64,000 nt of DNA, taken from Isurus oxyrinchus (Eukaryota). The notes beneath the pieces are model-generated. The model worked only from the letters and a program-made list of their open reading frames with translations, ran no database searches and had not been told where the DNA came from. Below are positions 50,590-63,099 of the stretch, in pieces. The DNA is taken from contig JANJGN010000041.1 in NCBI GenBank assembly GCA_026770705.1, positions 4,712,001 to 4,776,000 of the forward strand, written 5' to 3'. Both the position numbers and the translations under genes were made by a program. The number at the start of each line of letters is the position of its first letter. Within the stretch, counting starts at the first letter, position 1.

Positions 50590-52625
50590 ACCAAGCACAA
50601 TCAACAGAAAGAATACTACAACAAAGCGGAACGGGAAATAAAGATTACTCAACCTCAGTTCACTGAAGTGCATGTCAGGAGCAGTTTCAGGCATACGTAA
50701 ACGTGTTGTCAGCCCTGAAGCTATCAAACAGGATTACCTTCGTGTCAAACAACATACTCAACAATGGTAGACAGAGCTCAGCGACCTGACAACGAACGGA
50801 TCTGTTCTAAGATCTGCAGCACTGCCACATTCAGCCGTGAATTGAGGTAGATACTTAAACAACTCAATGGAGGAGGTGGCTCCACGAATATTCCCAACCT
50901 TAATGATGGAGAAGCCCAAAACAATAGTGCAAAAGATAATTCTGACCCATACTCAGGAATCTACAGCCAGAAGTGCCGAGTGAATGATCCATCTCGCCCC
51001 CCTCTGGAGGACCCCAGCATCACATATGCCAGACTTCAAACAATTCGATTCCCTGCATGTGATATCAAGAAACGACTGAACGCACTGGATATTGCAAAGG
51101 CTATGAGCCTGACAACATTCCGTCAATTGTACTGAGGACTTGTGCTCCAGGACTTCCCGCACCCCTAACTAAGCCTTTCCACTACAGATACAATATGGGC
51201 ATCCATCCGGCTATGTTGAAGTTCGCCCAGCAATGTCCAGTAGACACAGAATCAAGACAAATCCAAACCGACCAATGCTGCCCCATCAGTCTACTGCCCA
51301 TCATCAGTAAACTAATGGAAGGGAACATCAAAACTGCTATCAAACGGCCCTTGCTCAGCAATAACCTGCTCAATGATGGCAAATTCGCGTCCCGCCAGGG
51401 CAATTCAGCTCCTGAAGGCGATAGAGCCTTGGTTCAAACTTGGGCAAAAAAAATTATCCCCCAGGGATGGTGAGAATGATTGCCCTTGACTTCAACGCAG
51501 CCTTTGACGGAGTGTCGATTGAAGCAGACCAAGTAAAACTCAAGTCAATTCGATTCAGGGCCAAAAAGAATCACGTGTTTGAGTCACACCGAACACAAAC
51601 GAAGATGGTTGTGGTTGTTGCAGATCAGTTATTTCAGCTCCAGGGCAACATTGCAGGATTTCCTCAGGGTAGTACCTACGGTCCAACCATCCTCAGCTGC
51701 TTTATAAAATATCTTCCACCCATAATATGGTCAGAAGTAGGCATGTTCGCTAATGATTGCACAATGTTCAGCACAATTGTCAGTTCCTGAGATCCTGAAG
51801 AAGTTCATTTCTGAAAGCAGCAAGCCATGGACAATATCCAGGCTTTGGCTGACAAGTGACAAGTAACTTTCGCGTCACACAAGTGTCAGGCATTGCCCTT
51901 ATCTAACAAGATAAAATCCAACCATCGCCCCTTCACGTCACTGGCGTTATCATCATTGAAAACACCACTTCCAGCATCCTGGGGATTACATTGACCAGAA
52001 GCTGAACTGAACTATCGACATTAAAAATGTGTCTACAAGACGAGGTCAGAGACTAGGAATTGTGCGATGAGTAACTCGCCTCCTGACCCCCCAAAGGCCG
52101 TTCACCATCTACAAGCACAAGGCGGGTGTGTGATGGAATACTCCCCTGGATGAGTTACACTCCTGAAACACTGAAGTAGCTGGACACTATCCAGGATAAA
52201 GCAGCCCCGCTTGATTGGCACCATAGCCACAAATGTTCACTCCCTCCACCACCGAAGAACATTAGCAGCAGTCTGTACCATTTACAAGATGTACTGCAGT
52301 AATTCACCAGGGTCGTTAGACAGCAAACTCCAAACGCACGTCCGCTAGCGTCTGTAAGGGAAAGGGCAGCAGATTGATCGGGTCATCACCACCTGGAAGT
52401 TACTCTCCAAACCACCCAACATCCTGACTTTGAAATAAATCGCAGTTGCTTCACATATATTGCAGTTCCTTCACTTCTTAACTGCACTGTGTGTGTACGT
52501 GTATGACTTGCGCTGCAGGGTTGAAGAAGGAAACGCACCACCACCTTCTCAAGGACAATGATGGGTGGGAAATAAATGGTGACACAGACAGCAAATCCGA
52601 CATACCTGGAATGAATAAAAAATAA
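50590..52625 (+). mobile_element. 5'-truncated HER1-like LINE (decayed RT and 3' end)
   Basis: ORF pieces: CPISLLPIISKLMEG, IALDFNAAFD, GFPQGSTYGPTILSCFI, MFANDC (FADD equivalent). Ends in GAATGAATAAAAAAT. Confidence 0.88.
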
Positions 52626-53940
52626 TATCAGCATTATCATATTAATTGGCACTGCAATATCGACGGGCCAAATGGGATGCCGTTGCTTCTATTTCTGATA
52701 TTTGAATGCCTGCGATGTTCTTTGCTCTTTAAATCGTCTTGGTTTCTCTTTTCCATTATTTCTGACAGTCTATCTCTGTAACTGAGCCTACTTTTCGCAG
52801 ATTCAAAATTTATCTGATAGATTAGAATGACTGATTACCAATTGCTGCCGCTTGACTGCTCAGGGATTAACATGAAGGCCTAATGCCTCAGGGAGGTCTG
52901 CATCATCGACAGACTAAATAACATGATTTTTTTCCGCCAGAAATCATGACGAAGCGGCGGAGGCTCTGAAGGAAACATGTTAGCAAAGCGATGGAATAAA
53001 TGAAATCTAAAGGATAATTATGATGTTGGACATCAACTGCAACACTTACCCTGGCAGGGAGAGATTGGGAACAACGGGGAATCTAGTGGGTATGTTTTTG
53101 TATGTTAGATAAAATCCTTACCCAGTTGAAAGAAGACCCGCCAATATTGTGCTGAAGAATTTGGATTTCGAATATAAATCGCAGGAGAAATTCATAATTA
53201 GTTAATTGTAAATGAGAACACCAATTAATAGCTTGTTCTGACAAGGATTCGGAAAGCAATCAGAAGAAAGAAAGTCCAAAAAAAATTGATTCGGAAAAAA
53301 AAACCTATTCTAGCAATGGGTAAATAATTTGTGTCATCAAAGTGCAATAGAATATTTACGACCAGCGCTGAAAATATTTTAAAAACGGTCAATAGGAGAA
53401 TTAATCAGGAGAAATAAATTCAACAAAAGATAAAACAAAATAGTCAAAAATACAACCCGCTGGATGAATCAATTTAGCAGAACAAGACTAAATTTAAAGC
53501 CTGATGAATGCAGTAAGTACGCTGTTAATAAAGTCGAGGATGATGAAAAGCAGGTCTCTCCCTCTCTCTCTCTCCCTGTTTCTTCAGGCCGCCCTTCTAA
53601 GACAAGATTATTTTTTTTGTCATTTAACTGCACAAAAACACAGCAAACACACAGAACGTGTTAAAGCGATGGCCTCAGCTTTTACAACCCCGGCAAGATT
53701 TCCTTTCTGTCATTAATTTTGAGTAAAGTTCTCTCCATTCCTGCCGCAGGTCACGTCTGACAATAATGTCCATTAGGGCTCGACCAGTCCGGTCAGGCGT
53801 GGCGTTACCGATACATTCTTGATGAGCAACATTCAAGGCTCTTCCAGCTCCCCATTGAACTAGATGACATCCTGCGACCCGTTGTTTTCAGATGTCTCCC
53901 AGTTGTTGAGTGACATGGAGGAGAACAGGTTTATCAGCCG

Positions 53941-53991
53941 AGGGGCGGGGTGGGGGGTGGTGGGGGTGGGGGGGGGGGGGTGGGGGTGGGT
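53941..53991 (+). repeat. G-rich low-complexity tract (G4-capable)
   Basis: Multiple runs of four or more G. A similar tract lies at 40856-40903. Confidence 0.8.
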
Positions 53992-54164
53992 AGTTGATGA
54001 GGTGGGGAGGAATCAGAATGAGGCGTCCTTGTCTCTCTTCAGACTCATGACACAAGGGTTTGGGCGGTGGGGATCAGGAATCAACTGGAAACTTTGTTTC
54101 CTGAGTTTCATGTGTTGGCTCAAGAACTCATGAATGCTGTAGGCAAGGTTGAGAATTCCATTAT

Positions 54165-54495
54165 TATTTATTTAAACTTAAATTGGCGAGGTCAGCATTT
54201 ATTAATTGCCCTTGTTCAGAGGCAAATTTCAAGAGTCAGCCACATTGCTTTGCGTCTGGAGTCACATGTGGACCAGACCAGCAGATTCCCTTCCCTGAAG
54301 AGCACTAGTGAACCAGATGGGCTTTTATGACAATTGTTTCCTTGGTCAATGTTGACATCTTTAGCTCCAGATACTTAATAAATTCAAATTCCACCATCTG
54401 CCGTGGCAGGAATCGTATCCGTGTCCCCATCGCTTTAGCATGGGTTCCTGTCTTACCAGCCCATTTTCAATACCACAATGCCACTGCCGCCTGCC
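54165..54495 (-). mobile_element. HE1-like SINE, antisense
   Basis: Reverse-complement similarity to 43768-44120 (GTCAGCATTTATTAATTGCCC...GAGTCACATGTGGACCAGACC...AATTCAAATTCCACCATCTGCC). Confidence 0.75.
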
Positions 54496-54668
54496 ATGTT
54501 CAACCAATGTGCCTTCAGATCTTGAGGGTCTGTCTGGCAGAACGAACGCAGGGATGGCAACGGGTGAACCTAGGGCATTAACCATAAGTTTTGACACTAT
54601 GGTGTTGACATTTTGGAATCAACAGGAAGCCAGTGGAACTCCGCCATATCCTGACTTCCCGTCACTCC

Positions 54669-54989
54669 CTGTCGATAGGGTGATACACCGATCTGAGTGA
54701 GAGATGCGACACAGGTAAGGAGCGGTGTTCAACGCAGCCAGATTTATGCACATGATTCAGAAAGCAGTGGGTCATTGGCCATTAGACCTACAGAAGGTAG
54801 CAGAGCCTGAACAACAGAAATTCCCGTTCGTTTCAGTCGGAGCCTCGGGCGGGTCTCACGGTGGAACATCCTGCCTCTGGGTTACCCAAAGAGGTTGGCA
54901 ACACCTGAACATGGAGGGAAGCTTCAATTTCCTGTCCGGGCTGGACATGTCACTATCATTACATGGGAGACTTCCACCCACGATAGGGA
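54669..54989 (-). pseudogene. Candidate Ig V-type exon of a dead IgSF gene
   Basis: Acceptor CTCTTTCTTTCTTTTTCCCAG|. The phase-1 frame reads ...KLPSMF...PLWVTQRQ..P*DPPE...AF*IMCINLAALNTAPYLC...ITLST (DTAxYxC-like motif). It is 321 bp to a damaged donor ACAG|GGAGT and has three in-frame stops. Confidence 0.45.
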
Positions 54990-55059
54990 CTGGGAAAAAG
55001 AAAGAAAGAGCTCATTACTGACACTGGTCAGAACCACTGGGCACCCACTTGCACCTGAA

Positions 55060-55505
55060 ACAGATGTGGGCTAAACTGCGCACAGGGAGATGAGAACTGT
55101 GCGCAGTGAAGCATATGTGGTCCAACCGAGGGATATGGAGACAGAACTGTTGACAATGCTCGGATTGTGTTCTAACACAGTGGTATGGAAAACACAACTG
55201 TGCACAGTCTCCAAGTGTGGTCTAAGCAAGGAATACGGGGACAAGAACTGTGCTCAGTGCTCAGAGAGTGTTCTAACCGGGAGATATGGAGACCAGAAAT
55301 GTGCATTGTGATCAACATGTGGTCTAATAGAGTGATATGGAGGACAGTACTGTGCACAGCCCTCTATGTGTGTTCTAAGCGAGGGATATTGAGATTCGAA
55401 CTGTGCTCTATGTAAGTTCTAAGCGAGAGCTATGGAGACCAGGGTGGTGCACAATACTCCATATTTGGTCTAACCAAGGGATAAAGAGCCCAGAACTATG
55501 CACAA
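55060..55505. repeat. 51-bp minisatellite (~9 units) derived from a CR1 ORF2 motif
   Basis: Unit GAACTGTGCACAGTTCTCCAGGTGTGGTCTAACCGAGGGATATGGAGACCA; the antisense consensus reads VRPHLENCAQFWSPY. Confidence 0.85.
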
Positions 55506-56209
55506 ATCAGTATGATGCAGCTTATGGAGCAACTTCATGAAATTTAACACGATGCCTCAAGACAGCATTGTAGAAGAAGGATTTTACACAGTCAAACAAC
55601 AGGTATAAGTGGCAGATGACCCAGCGCTCACTTGAAGAGGTTTGATTGAAGGGCCATCGCCAGGGAGGAGAGAGGAGTGGATAGCTTAGCAATGGGAAGT
55701 CCCAGCCTTAGTCCAAATCAGCTTAAGGCATGGTACCAAAAGGCAGGCCAGTTAATATTTCAGAATGGGATGGAGGACAGAATTGGTTGGGCACATGTAT
55801 CTGGAAGGGCTTTTGGGCTAAAGAAGATTACAGAGAGACAGAGGGGCGAGACGATGGAGAGATTGGGAAACATTATGTACGACTAATTCAAGATATCGGC
55901 AAGGGGCAGCATTTGGATGGGAAATACGAGGTGTCTAAGGAAAGCTCCTTCGTTGTTGATAGTTGAGGTTGGGTCATTAAAAATAAAGTGGCCAGTTTTT
56001 GAAAAAGGCTCACACTGAGTCTGACTGCATCCTGTTTGGTAAGGAGTTTAATGGTCATGGAACAAATGTTGTCCAATGATATTAAGACTTCTGCCAGGCG
56101 TGATCCAATTGAATGGGAGTACATGTTTGAGGGGCTGAAAGGCCTTCTCCTGTTCCGGCGAATGTTTCTAGAGTTTGGCAACTGTGAGATTACCCCCCTC
56201 GATACTTAA

Positions 56210-56273
56210 CGATAAGCTTGGATTTCAGCAGCACCAGCAGTCAAAGCACCAATAGCAGTGATTTCCAAATCAT
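56210..56273 (-). pseudogene. Candidate leader (signal peptide) exon of the dead IgSF gene
   Basis: ATG at 56273 gives MIWKSLLLVL*LLVLLKSKLI + 1 nt, then TTAAGT (a GT>TT-damaged donor). Phase 1 fits the exon at 54989. Confidence 0.5.
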
Positions 56274-56322
56274 CCACCGAGCTCCCCAGCATCACAATGA
56301 GATGACTGTTGTACGGAGGCAG

Positions 56323-56328
56323 TTTATA
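56323..56328 (-). promoter_or_regulatory. TATA box upstream of the candidate leader exon
   Basis: TATAAA on the minus strand, 50 bp upstream of the ATG. Confidence 0.4.
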
Positions 56329-58759
56329 TGAACCGAGAGAGGGTTATGTCGCTATTAATCGCAGACACACGTTGAGGATTGACTGAACCTTGCGCACGTC
56401 AAAGGAAAACTTCACTACCTGAGACTGACAGTAACTGGAATCCACGTCTAATTGAGCCTCACAAACCGGCGTTTATTAATCAACAGAGGCACTGGCATGT
56501 GTAATGATTGAACAGGTGAAGGATTGAAGGATTTCTTCTCTGAGAAAAATATAGAATCATTCAGCAGTGATGAGGGCCATTTGGCCCATCTGCTCTCTGC
56601 TGCTTCATTGAGAGGTTTACAGAATTACGGCCCCTCCATAACTTTTTTCCCCCATCGCCCTGCCATTATTTTCCTTGTCAATTATTGATATAATTCCCTT
56701 TTTGAAAGTTGCTATTGAATCTCCTTCTTTTACGTTTTCGGGCAGCACATTCCAGATTACAACAACTCGCTGTTTCATAAAGACATTCTCTTCATCTTCC
56801 CTCCAATTACATTGTGAATTATCATCAATATATTTCTACTGATTTCCCAAGCCCCCACCTTCGAATATACCCCATTGTCACTCCTGGACGAAGAGTTGGG
56901 GAGTTACACCTGATACCATTGGACCAATATTTATCCAGCGAAATGTATCAAAGAAACATATTTTCCAGCTGTTACGTCACTTGTGTTTGAGGGAGTTTGC
57001 TGTGGCCAAATTGAGTTCCATGTGTCCAGAATGACAGAATTCATGACAGTTCAACAATAATTCACCATCTTGTTCTGAACTCTGTGAATTTCGCTGTTCA
57101 GCTGCTTCTCCAGATTGCCTCTCCTGTGTTTGACCTAATCAATCGTGGCGTTATAAGAGTCGGACTCAGTGTCGGAGGCATCCAGAGACAGCCCCATTCG
57201 ACCAGTGGGGGTCATGTAGCGCCAGCAGGTACAGGCCATTTCCGGGAAAGGTGACGTCGCTGGCCTGGGGACAAAGGCTGGGAGATCCGATTCTCCGAGT
57301 GTGTGATTGTGTTAGAGCGGCAAGATGCCATTGTGCCCTATGCTTGGCGTGACCTCCCCTCCCTGCCACAGTCAATAGGTTGAGGCAGCCGCACTGAAGT
57401 GCACCCAAGGGGCGGTGATCAAGCAACTAGATGCAGTCACGTCATTCAATGCGCAGTGGGTGTCCACAATGTGTCCGTGGACCCTCCCCATCCCACTGCA
57501 AAGCCTCTTTCCAGCCCAGTGCCGTGAACTAGCCATGCAACACACTGCCCTCTGGACTCCAGATACATTGCCTGCTCCCTTAGCTGCACTTCCCCAACAA
57601 CCAACTATTCCTGTCACCTCTCTATGCTTGAATCACTCCCGCTACCATGATGCCATGGTCATTTATCCCCTGCACTCTACAGCCACCACTTCCATGCTTT
57701 ACAGGCTACCAGTGCCTGTTGCACAATCACGAAGCCTGTGGCTCCTCCATTCAGGAGGTGGTCCTGAGTTCCCCAGTGCAGCCACGCCCTCATGTCCTTG
57801 GCCAATGATCAATACAGAAGACCCTGTCCTGAAAAGTGTAACCGCCCCCTAATACAAAGTGTCCAGGTAAATGTCCCACTCCCTGAGGCATCTCTTTGTG
57901 TGCACATGGGCCTCCATCTCACATTGACTCTCACCAACCGCTTTGTCTTGCAATTTCCTCTTTATTTCTCTCTATCACACAATCTCTCTCCCCCTAAGAG
58001 GCGTCTAAGTTTCCCTGCCTCTTTCCTTATTCCATCCCTTTCTGAATCTCTTGTTCAGTTCCCTTCTCTCTCCTCTCTAAATCTCGACTACTACATCTTG
58101 ATCTTTTTTGTCCTTCATTCACTGGATGTGGGCTTCGCTGGCTGGTTCCAGAGTTCACTGCACATTCCTAATTTCCCCCTTGAGAAGGTTGTGGGTGAGC
58201 AGCCTTCTTGAAACACTGCAGTTGGTGTGGTGTAGGTACACCCACCGTGCTGTTAGGGGTTTGGTAAAAGCTTCACTCTCTGTTCCCCTGTGCGGCTATT
58301 GTTGTGACCTTTGCTCCTCATTCTCCAGCTCCATGTTCCGCTCATGCTAACTCTTTGTCTCTCTCTCTTTCACTTTCTCTCTCACCATGACTTCCCCATC
58401 TGCACAGATGGTTACATACTTCCAATTTTAGTCCCCTGTTGGTTTTTAAATAATTTGCCCCTGAAGCAGAACTACCCTTTCCACAGACACTGTGTAGTCT
58501 GAATCCAGCTAGGAATGAGATGTCCCTGGACATGATACAGCAGATCACTGCCTGCCTGTGGGGGTAATACACAAACCCTCAACTGCTGAGTATCCAAGTA
58601 TCATCACATTAATGCATCTAATGCTTTGAAATAATTTGGGAAGACTTTTTATCAGCAATAAGAAATATATATGTATTCATATTCCAACAAATTCTCCGAT
58701 CTGCACAGAGGATGTATGGGATTTTGTTCAAAAATTGTCTATGAGCTTCACGGGCAATT

Positions 58760-59720
58760 CCAACATTTTTGTCCATCAGCAATTGCCGCTTGAGAAGCTG
58801 GTCAGTGAGGCGACTTGTTGAACCGCTTCTGCTCCATATGGTGTAGATACACACACACAGCTCTGTTAGGGAGGGAGTTCCAGGATTGGACCCAGTGACA
58901 ATGCATTAACAGTGACTTAGTGCCAATCAGGATGACGTGTGGCTTGGAGTGGAAATCTCATGATTGTCCTCCCATGTGCCCGCTGCCTTTATCCTTCCAG
59001 GTGCTGGGGGATCATGGTTTTGGAAAACACTGTTGAAGGAGCCCCGGTGTGTTATGGCAGTGCATCTTGGAGAGTGTTCACAATGACGCGATTGTGTGCC
59101 AGGTGGAGACTCTATCCCCATTCTTTGACCCAAATCCATGATGATTCACGGGATGCGGGGTGAATGTCGCATCCTCGCAGGGCCGCTCGCTCTGACTGTA
59201 TCCCACTGGGCAGACACCTCTGATGTGCCGACCTTGCCACTGGCGATGTTTATTCCCAGGGACAGTGAGAGGGACGTCTGAGCCATTGGCATTTGGGTAT
59301 CATTCGGTGAGCATGGCTATGTCAGGCCGTTTATCGGCTAGTCTGTGGGACAACTCCCCCAATATTGGCGTTCCCTTGAACACTCATGTGCTGATCAGAT
59401 ACAATTATCACGCGGCAGCATGTGTCCCCACCTCGCACACATTTCCACTGAATGTGGGCAGTGAACACATTGGCACAAAGTGGCACAAGGATAAATGGCT
59501 GCCCTTCTCAGGAGCCCAGTCTCTAGGAGATTCTGTTAGGGTGGGAGTTCCAGGATTGGACCCAGTGACAATGCAGTAACAGTGACTTAGTATCAATCAG
59601 GATGACGTGTGGCTTGGAGTGGGAATCTCTTGATTGTCCTCCCATGTGCCCGCTGCCTTTATCCTTCCAGGTGCTGGGGGATCATGGGTTTGGAAAACAC
59701 TGTTGAAAGAGCGCCGGTGG
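58760..59720 (-). mobile_element. HER1-like LINE 3' fragments with a local ~185-bp duplication
   Basis: 58863-59048 and 59533-59718 are near-identical, and both are antisense to the LINE 3' region at ~52300-52550. Confidence 0.7.
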
Positions 59721-61099
59721 AGTTTCTGAAGGATGCGCTGTAGAGGAGGAGCAATGCCCTGCAGAGGTGGAGCTGACTGACTCCAGCTCACCTTCCTGCC
59801 CCTCTCCTCCTCCAACATCTCACACTGCCCTCGCTGGCCTGACACTCTCCTCACATTCCCCATCCATATCAGGTGGACCTCGAGCACGATGACAATCAAG
59901 AAGAACACTCATCCTCCTGGTGAATCCAGGAAGCTGTCAAACATAGTCGAGCAGACCAGCACTGACCCTTTTCAGGTGATGCCTGTTTGATTTACTGGAT
60001 AGTGAGGCTGTGCCTAAAACGTCGACGCAGCCTCAACCCGCTGAAACCTAGATTCACCGCTCAACAACCGGCCTGGGTTACACATGCGGACTGTCAGCTT
60101 CTGAAATGTCCTTCCTGTGTTATAGAGGGCAACAGCCGACAACTCGTGGGTTCAGCCACACACTGACTGGTGCACACCAGTCCATGTCCTGGGTCCATAA
60201 ACCTTCGTTTGCCCCGTTCCCCTCGAAACATTTGACGTTGAAACATCTCTCCATCTCCTCATTAATGTTTATGGTTTCCTTACACTAATTGTAATTTATT
60301 GAAGATATCTGCAACTCTATGCCACCCTTTGTGTGTCCGTGTGTCCCTTTCCGGTCACAATAAGCAGCCTGAATAACTACTACATATCTACCTCACTCCA
60401 ATCTAATCGAATATTTAAGATTCTTGACCAGGGGAGCAGTGATTCTGTCTTCCCTACAACAATTAAACCTTAGTTTTTACCCTATATTTTCAAGCTTCTC
60501 CAAGTGCAGATTGTTCCTGAATGTCCTGCCACGAATTCCCCATCACATGCGCCCTATCCTTACAAATCAATTCCTCTGACAATTCTTCCAGCCAGTCAGT
60601 ATTCACTTTCTGGCTCCATGCTTAATTTTGATGATGGACAAACTGCAGCACAAATCTGTCCAAATGCAATCTTAGTTCATACCTCCTCTTTTTGCTCTCC
60701 TTAAAGATGCATGAAAGCAGTTGACTGTTAAAGAGAAGCCAAGTCAAAGGCGTATTAACAACATTGCAATAATACATATGAATCGAAGAATTTCCTCAAT
60801 ATCATTATGCACAGTGGAATTGCTTTCGTAAGGAACCATAATTACACCAATGTATCAATGAGCTGATCCCTAACAAGGTTAGAACATCATTTTCTTTTCG
60901 ATATGCCTGGCCCTGTTCTTAACCCCCTCTCCTGCATTCTTCAGTGGATCAGGCTTGATCCCTTGTCTTGAAGGTTGTGGTCATGTCAGGAATATGCAAA
61001 TCCGTGACTTTCTAGTTTGACTTTGAATTTACTTTTGCTGCTGCTGATGGCCAATAGCGTCTTGTGGATGTTGAGATTGGAGCTGTGTGATCAAATCTG

Positions 61100-61560
61100 A
61101 ATTCATCACATTGAAAGCAGTGATTGCCAGATAATACAATGGAGAGTTCCAAAATTGCTAAGGCAGGAATCTGTCATCACAAGGCCTGTGCAGTGGCCAT
61201 TCCTAACAACGCTGTCAGGGACAGATGCATCTGCCGAAGCGAAATTGGTGAGGAAGATGTCAAGTAGATCATCCCATTATTGATTCACCTGACTCAGGCA
61301 TCTTCTGCCTTTCAGGGCTCGGACACCTAGGTCTGTTACGGTGACCCCGAGCCACTGTTGGTGATGGACATGCAGGTGCCACAGCAGAGAACATTATGTG
61401 CCCTTGATACGCTCAAAGCTTCTTCCATGTGGCGTTATCAAGGAGGAGTAGAGATTCATCAGATTCAGGAGCATGGTATGTTGGAGTCAGCAGGGTGTTC
61501 CCATTACCCGGTTTGTGCCCCTGTCTTGAGACATCAGAGAGACTGAAGTCTATGTTAAGT
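61100..61560 (-). mobile_element. Probable HER1-like LINE endonuclease-region fragment
   Basis: CAGTGGCCATTCCTAACAACGCTGTCAGGGACAGATGCATCTGC...GATGTCAAGTAG and GTTGGTGATGGACAT resemble the antisense of a LINE endonuclease region. Recognised by eye only. Confidence 0.45.
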
Positions 61561-62164
61561 AACCCTGTCACAATCCTACAATTATAGATTTCCCTGTGCC
61601 AGCACATTGGGTTGAACTTTTCATTCAGTGAGCCATGACTTACCCAGGGATGTGCGCGATGAACCTATGACTTTTCTATTATGACTTGGCTTTTCAGTTA
61701 TGATTCTTACAATGTGATTATGTTGGAGCAGCCCCGTTTCAATGTGGCCCTGCCATTTCCTATCCTCACCTCCATCCATGCTGATGTGGTGATGCAACGA
61801 TTCAAGAAATGAGATAGGGACAAGAGGCAGTGATCGATGCAGCCAATTTTATTCGCATGATTCAGCAAGCAGGGGGGCGGAGACATTGGATCCACACAAT
61901 GTACCAGAGCTGGAATTATGCACACTATAGTTGACTCAATTGAGAGTCACGGATGAATCGCACATTGGCACATGTTATGTTTAGGGAAATATTTTCTTAT
62001 GCAGCAAGGTAGCCAAAATATGAACTATGCCCAGACCCGCCTCTCATTTCTGTTATATTGGACAAATCTGCAGGCGCCTCCCAAATCATCACAATCTATG
62101 CATTGTCCTGGGAAACAGAAAGGAAGAATTCAAAGTTACCAACTTTCATAGCACTGCTGCACCC

Positions 62165-62615
62165 AGGTGCCATGTAACCAAATTATCTGGAGACCAGAAC
62201 TGAGCACAGGCCTCCATGGCTGTGCTAAAACAATTACATGGAGAACAGTATTGTGCACAGTTCTCCAGCTGTGATCTAACCGAGGGATATGGAGACTTAA
62301 CTGTGCACAGTTTTCTAAGTGTCGTCCATCCGAGGTCGAAAGAGTCCAGAACTGTGCACAGTTCTCCAGGTGAGGCATAACCGATTGATATGGCGGATAG
62401 AAAAGTGCACAGTGATCCAATTGTTGTCTAACAGAGTGCTATGGAGACCAGAACTGTGCCCATGGGTCTTGTTGAGGTCTAACCAAGGGACACGGAGGTT
62501 TGAACTGTGTACAGTTATCCAGGTGTGGTCAAACCGAGGGATTTGAAGATCAGAACTGTGCACACTGCTCCACGTCTGGTCTAACCGGGGGTTACGGAGA
62601 TGGGTCTGTGCACAA
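62165..62615. repeat. Second array (~9 units) of the 51-bp CR1-derived minisatellite
   Basis: Same unit and orientation as 55060-55505. Minus ORF 62136..62420 shows PHLENCAQFW and RHLENCAQL. Confidence 0.85.
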
Positions 62616-63099
62616 GGGAATTGCCGCAGCTTCTACATAAAGGGGGTGGGGCAACAGAGGGTTTTGAAACACAGACCAGGGTTAGAGGTAGCATCCCACC
62701 TTGTAGGTCATTACTGTCCCAGCAAAGTGAATGAGTATTAAAATGTCTCCCCGCATCCGCCAGGGGAACACACAATGCGGCAGGGGCATAGAACCCTGAA
62801 CAAAGTTTATAGGCAATGCAGGATCTCACCGACGGTCAGCACATAGATGGGAGGCAAAAGGCAACGAGGATAGTTGCTTTGGTTATTATCGAGAATTAGG
62901 ATTTTTTTTTAAAGGCGATTTATGGAGGGGAATAGCACTGATATGGAAAGCTTTCTGTTTAGGAAAACTTTTAAGGGTTGTGGAACAAAGATGGGCGAAT
63001 GAGGTTAAGAGTCAAATTGATTGGTCGCATAGGCTGAAGAGGCTGCTTAGCCCCCACTTTATTCCCTGAATATCTCTGCTGTGTCATTCCTGGGAGATT

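Noticed and set aside
54630-54675. Recombination signal sequence after the V-like exon
   Set aside because: Only a 5/7 heptamer-like GACAGGG, with no nonamer at 12- or 23-bp spacing.
57160-58210. ORFs 57415..57852 and 57792..58211 as genes
   Set aside because: Low-complexity C/T-rich translations with no recognisable domain or splice structure. Probably unclassified repeat debris.
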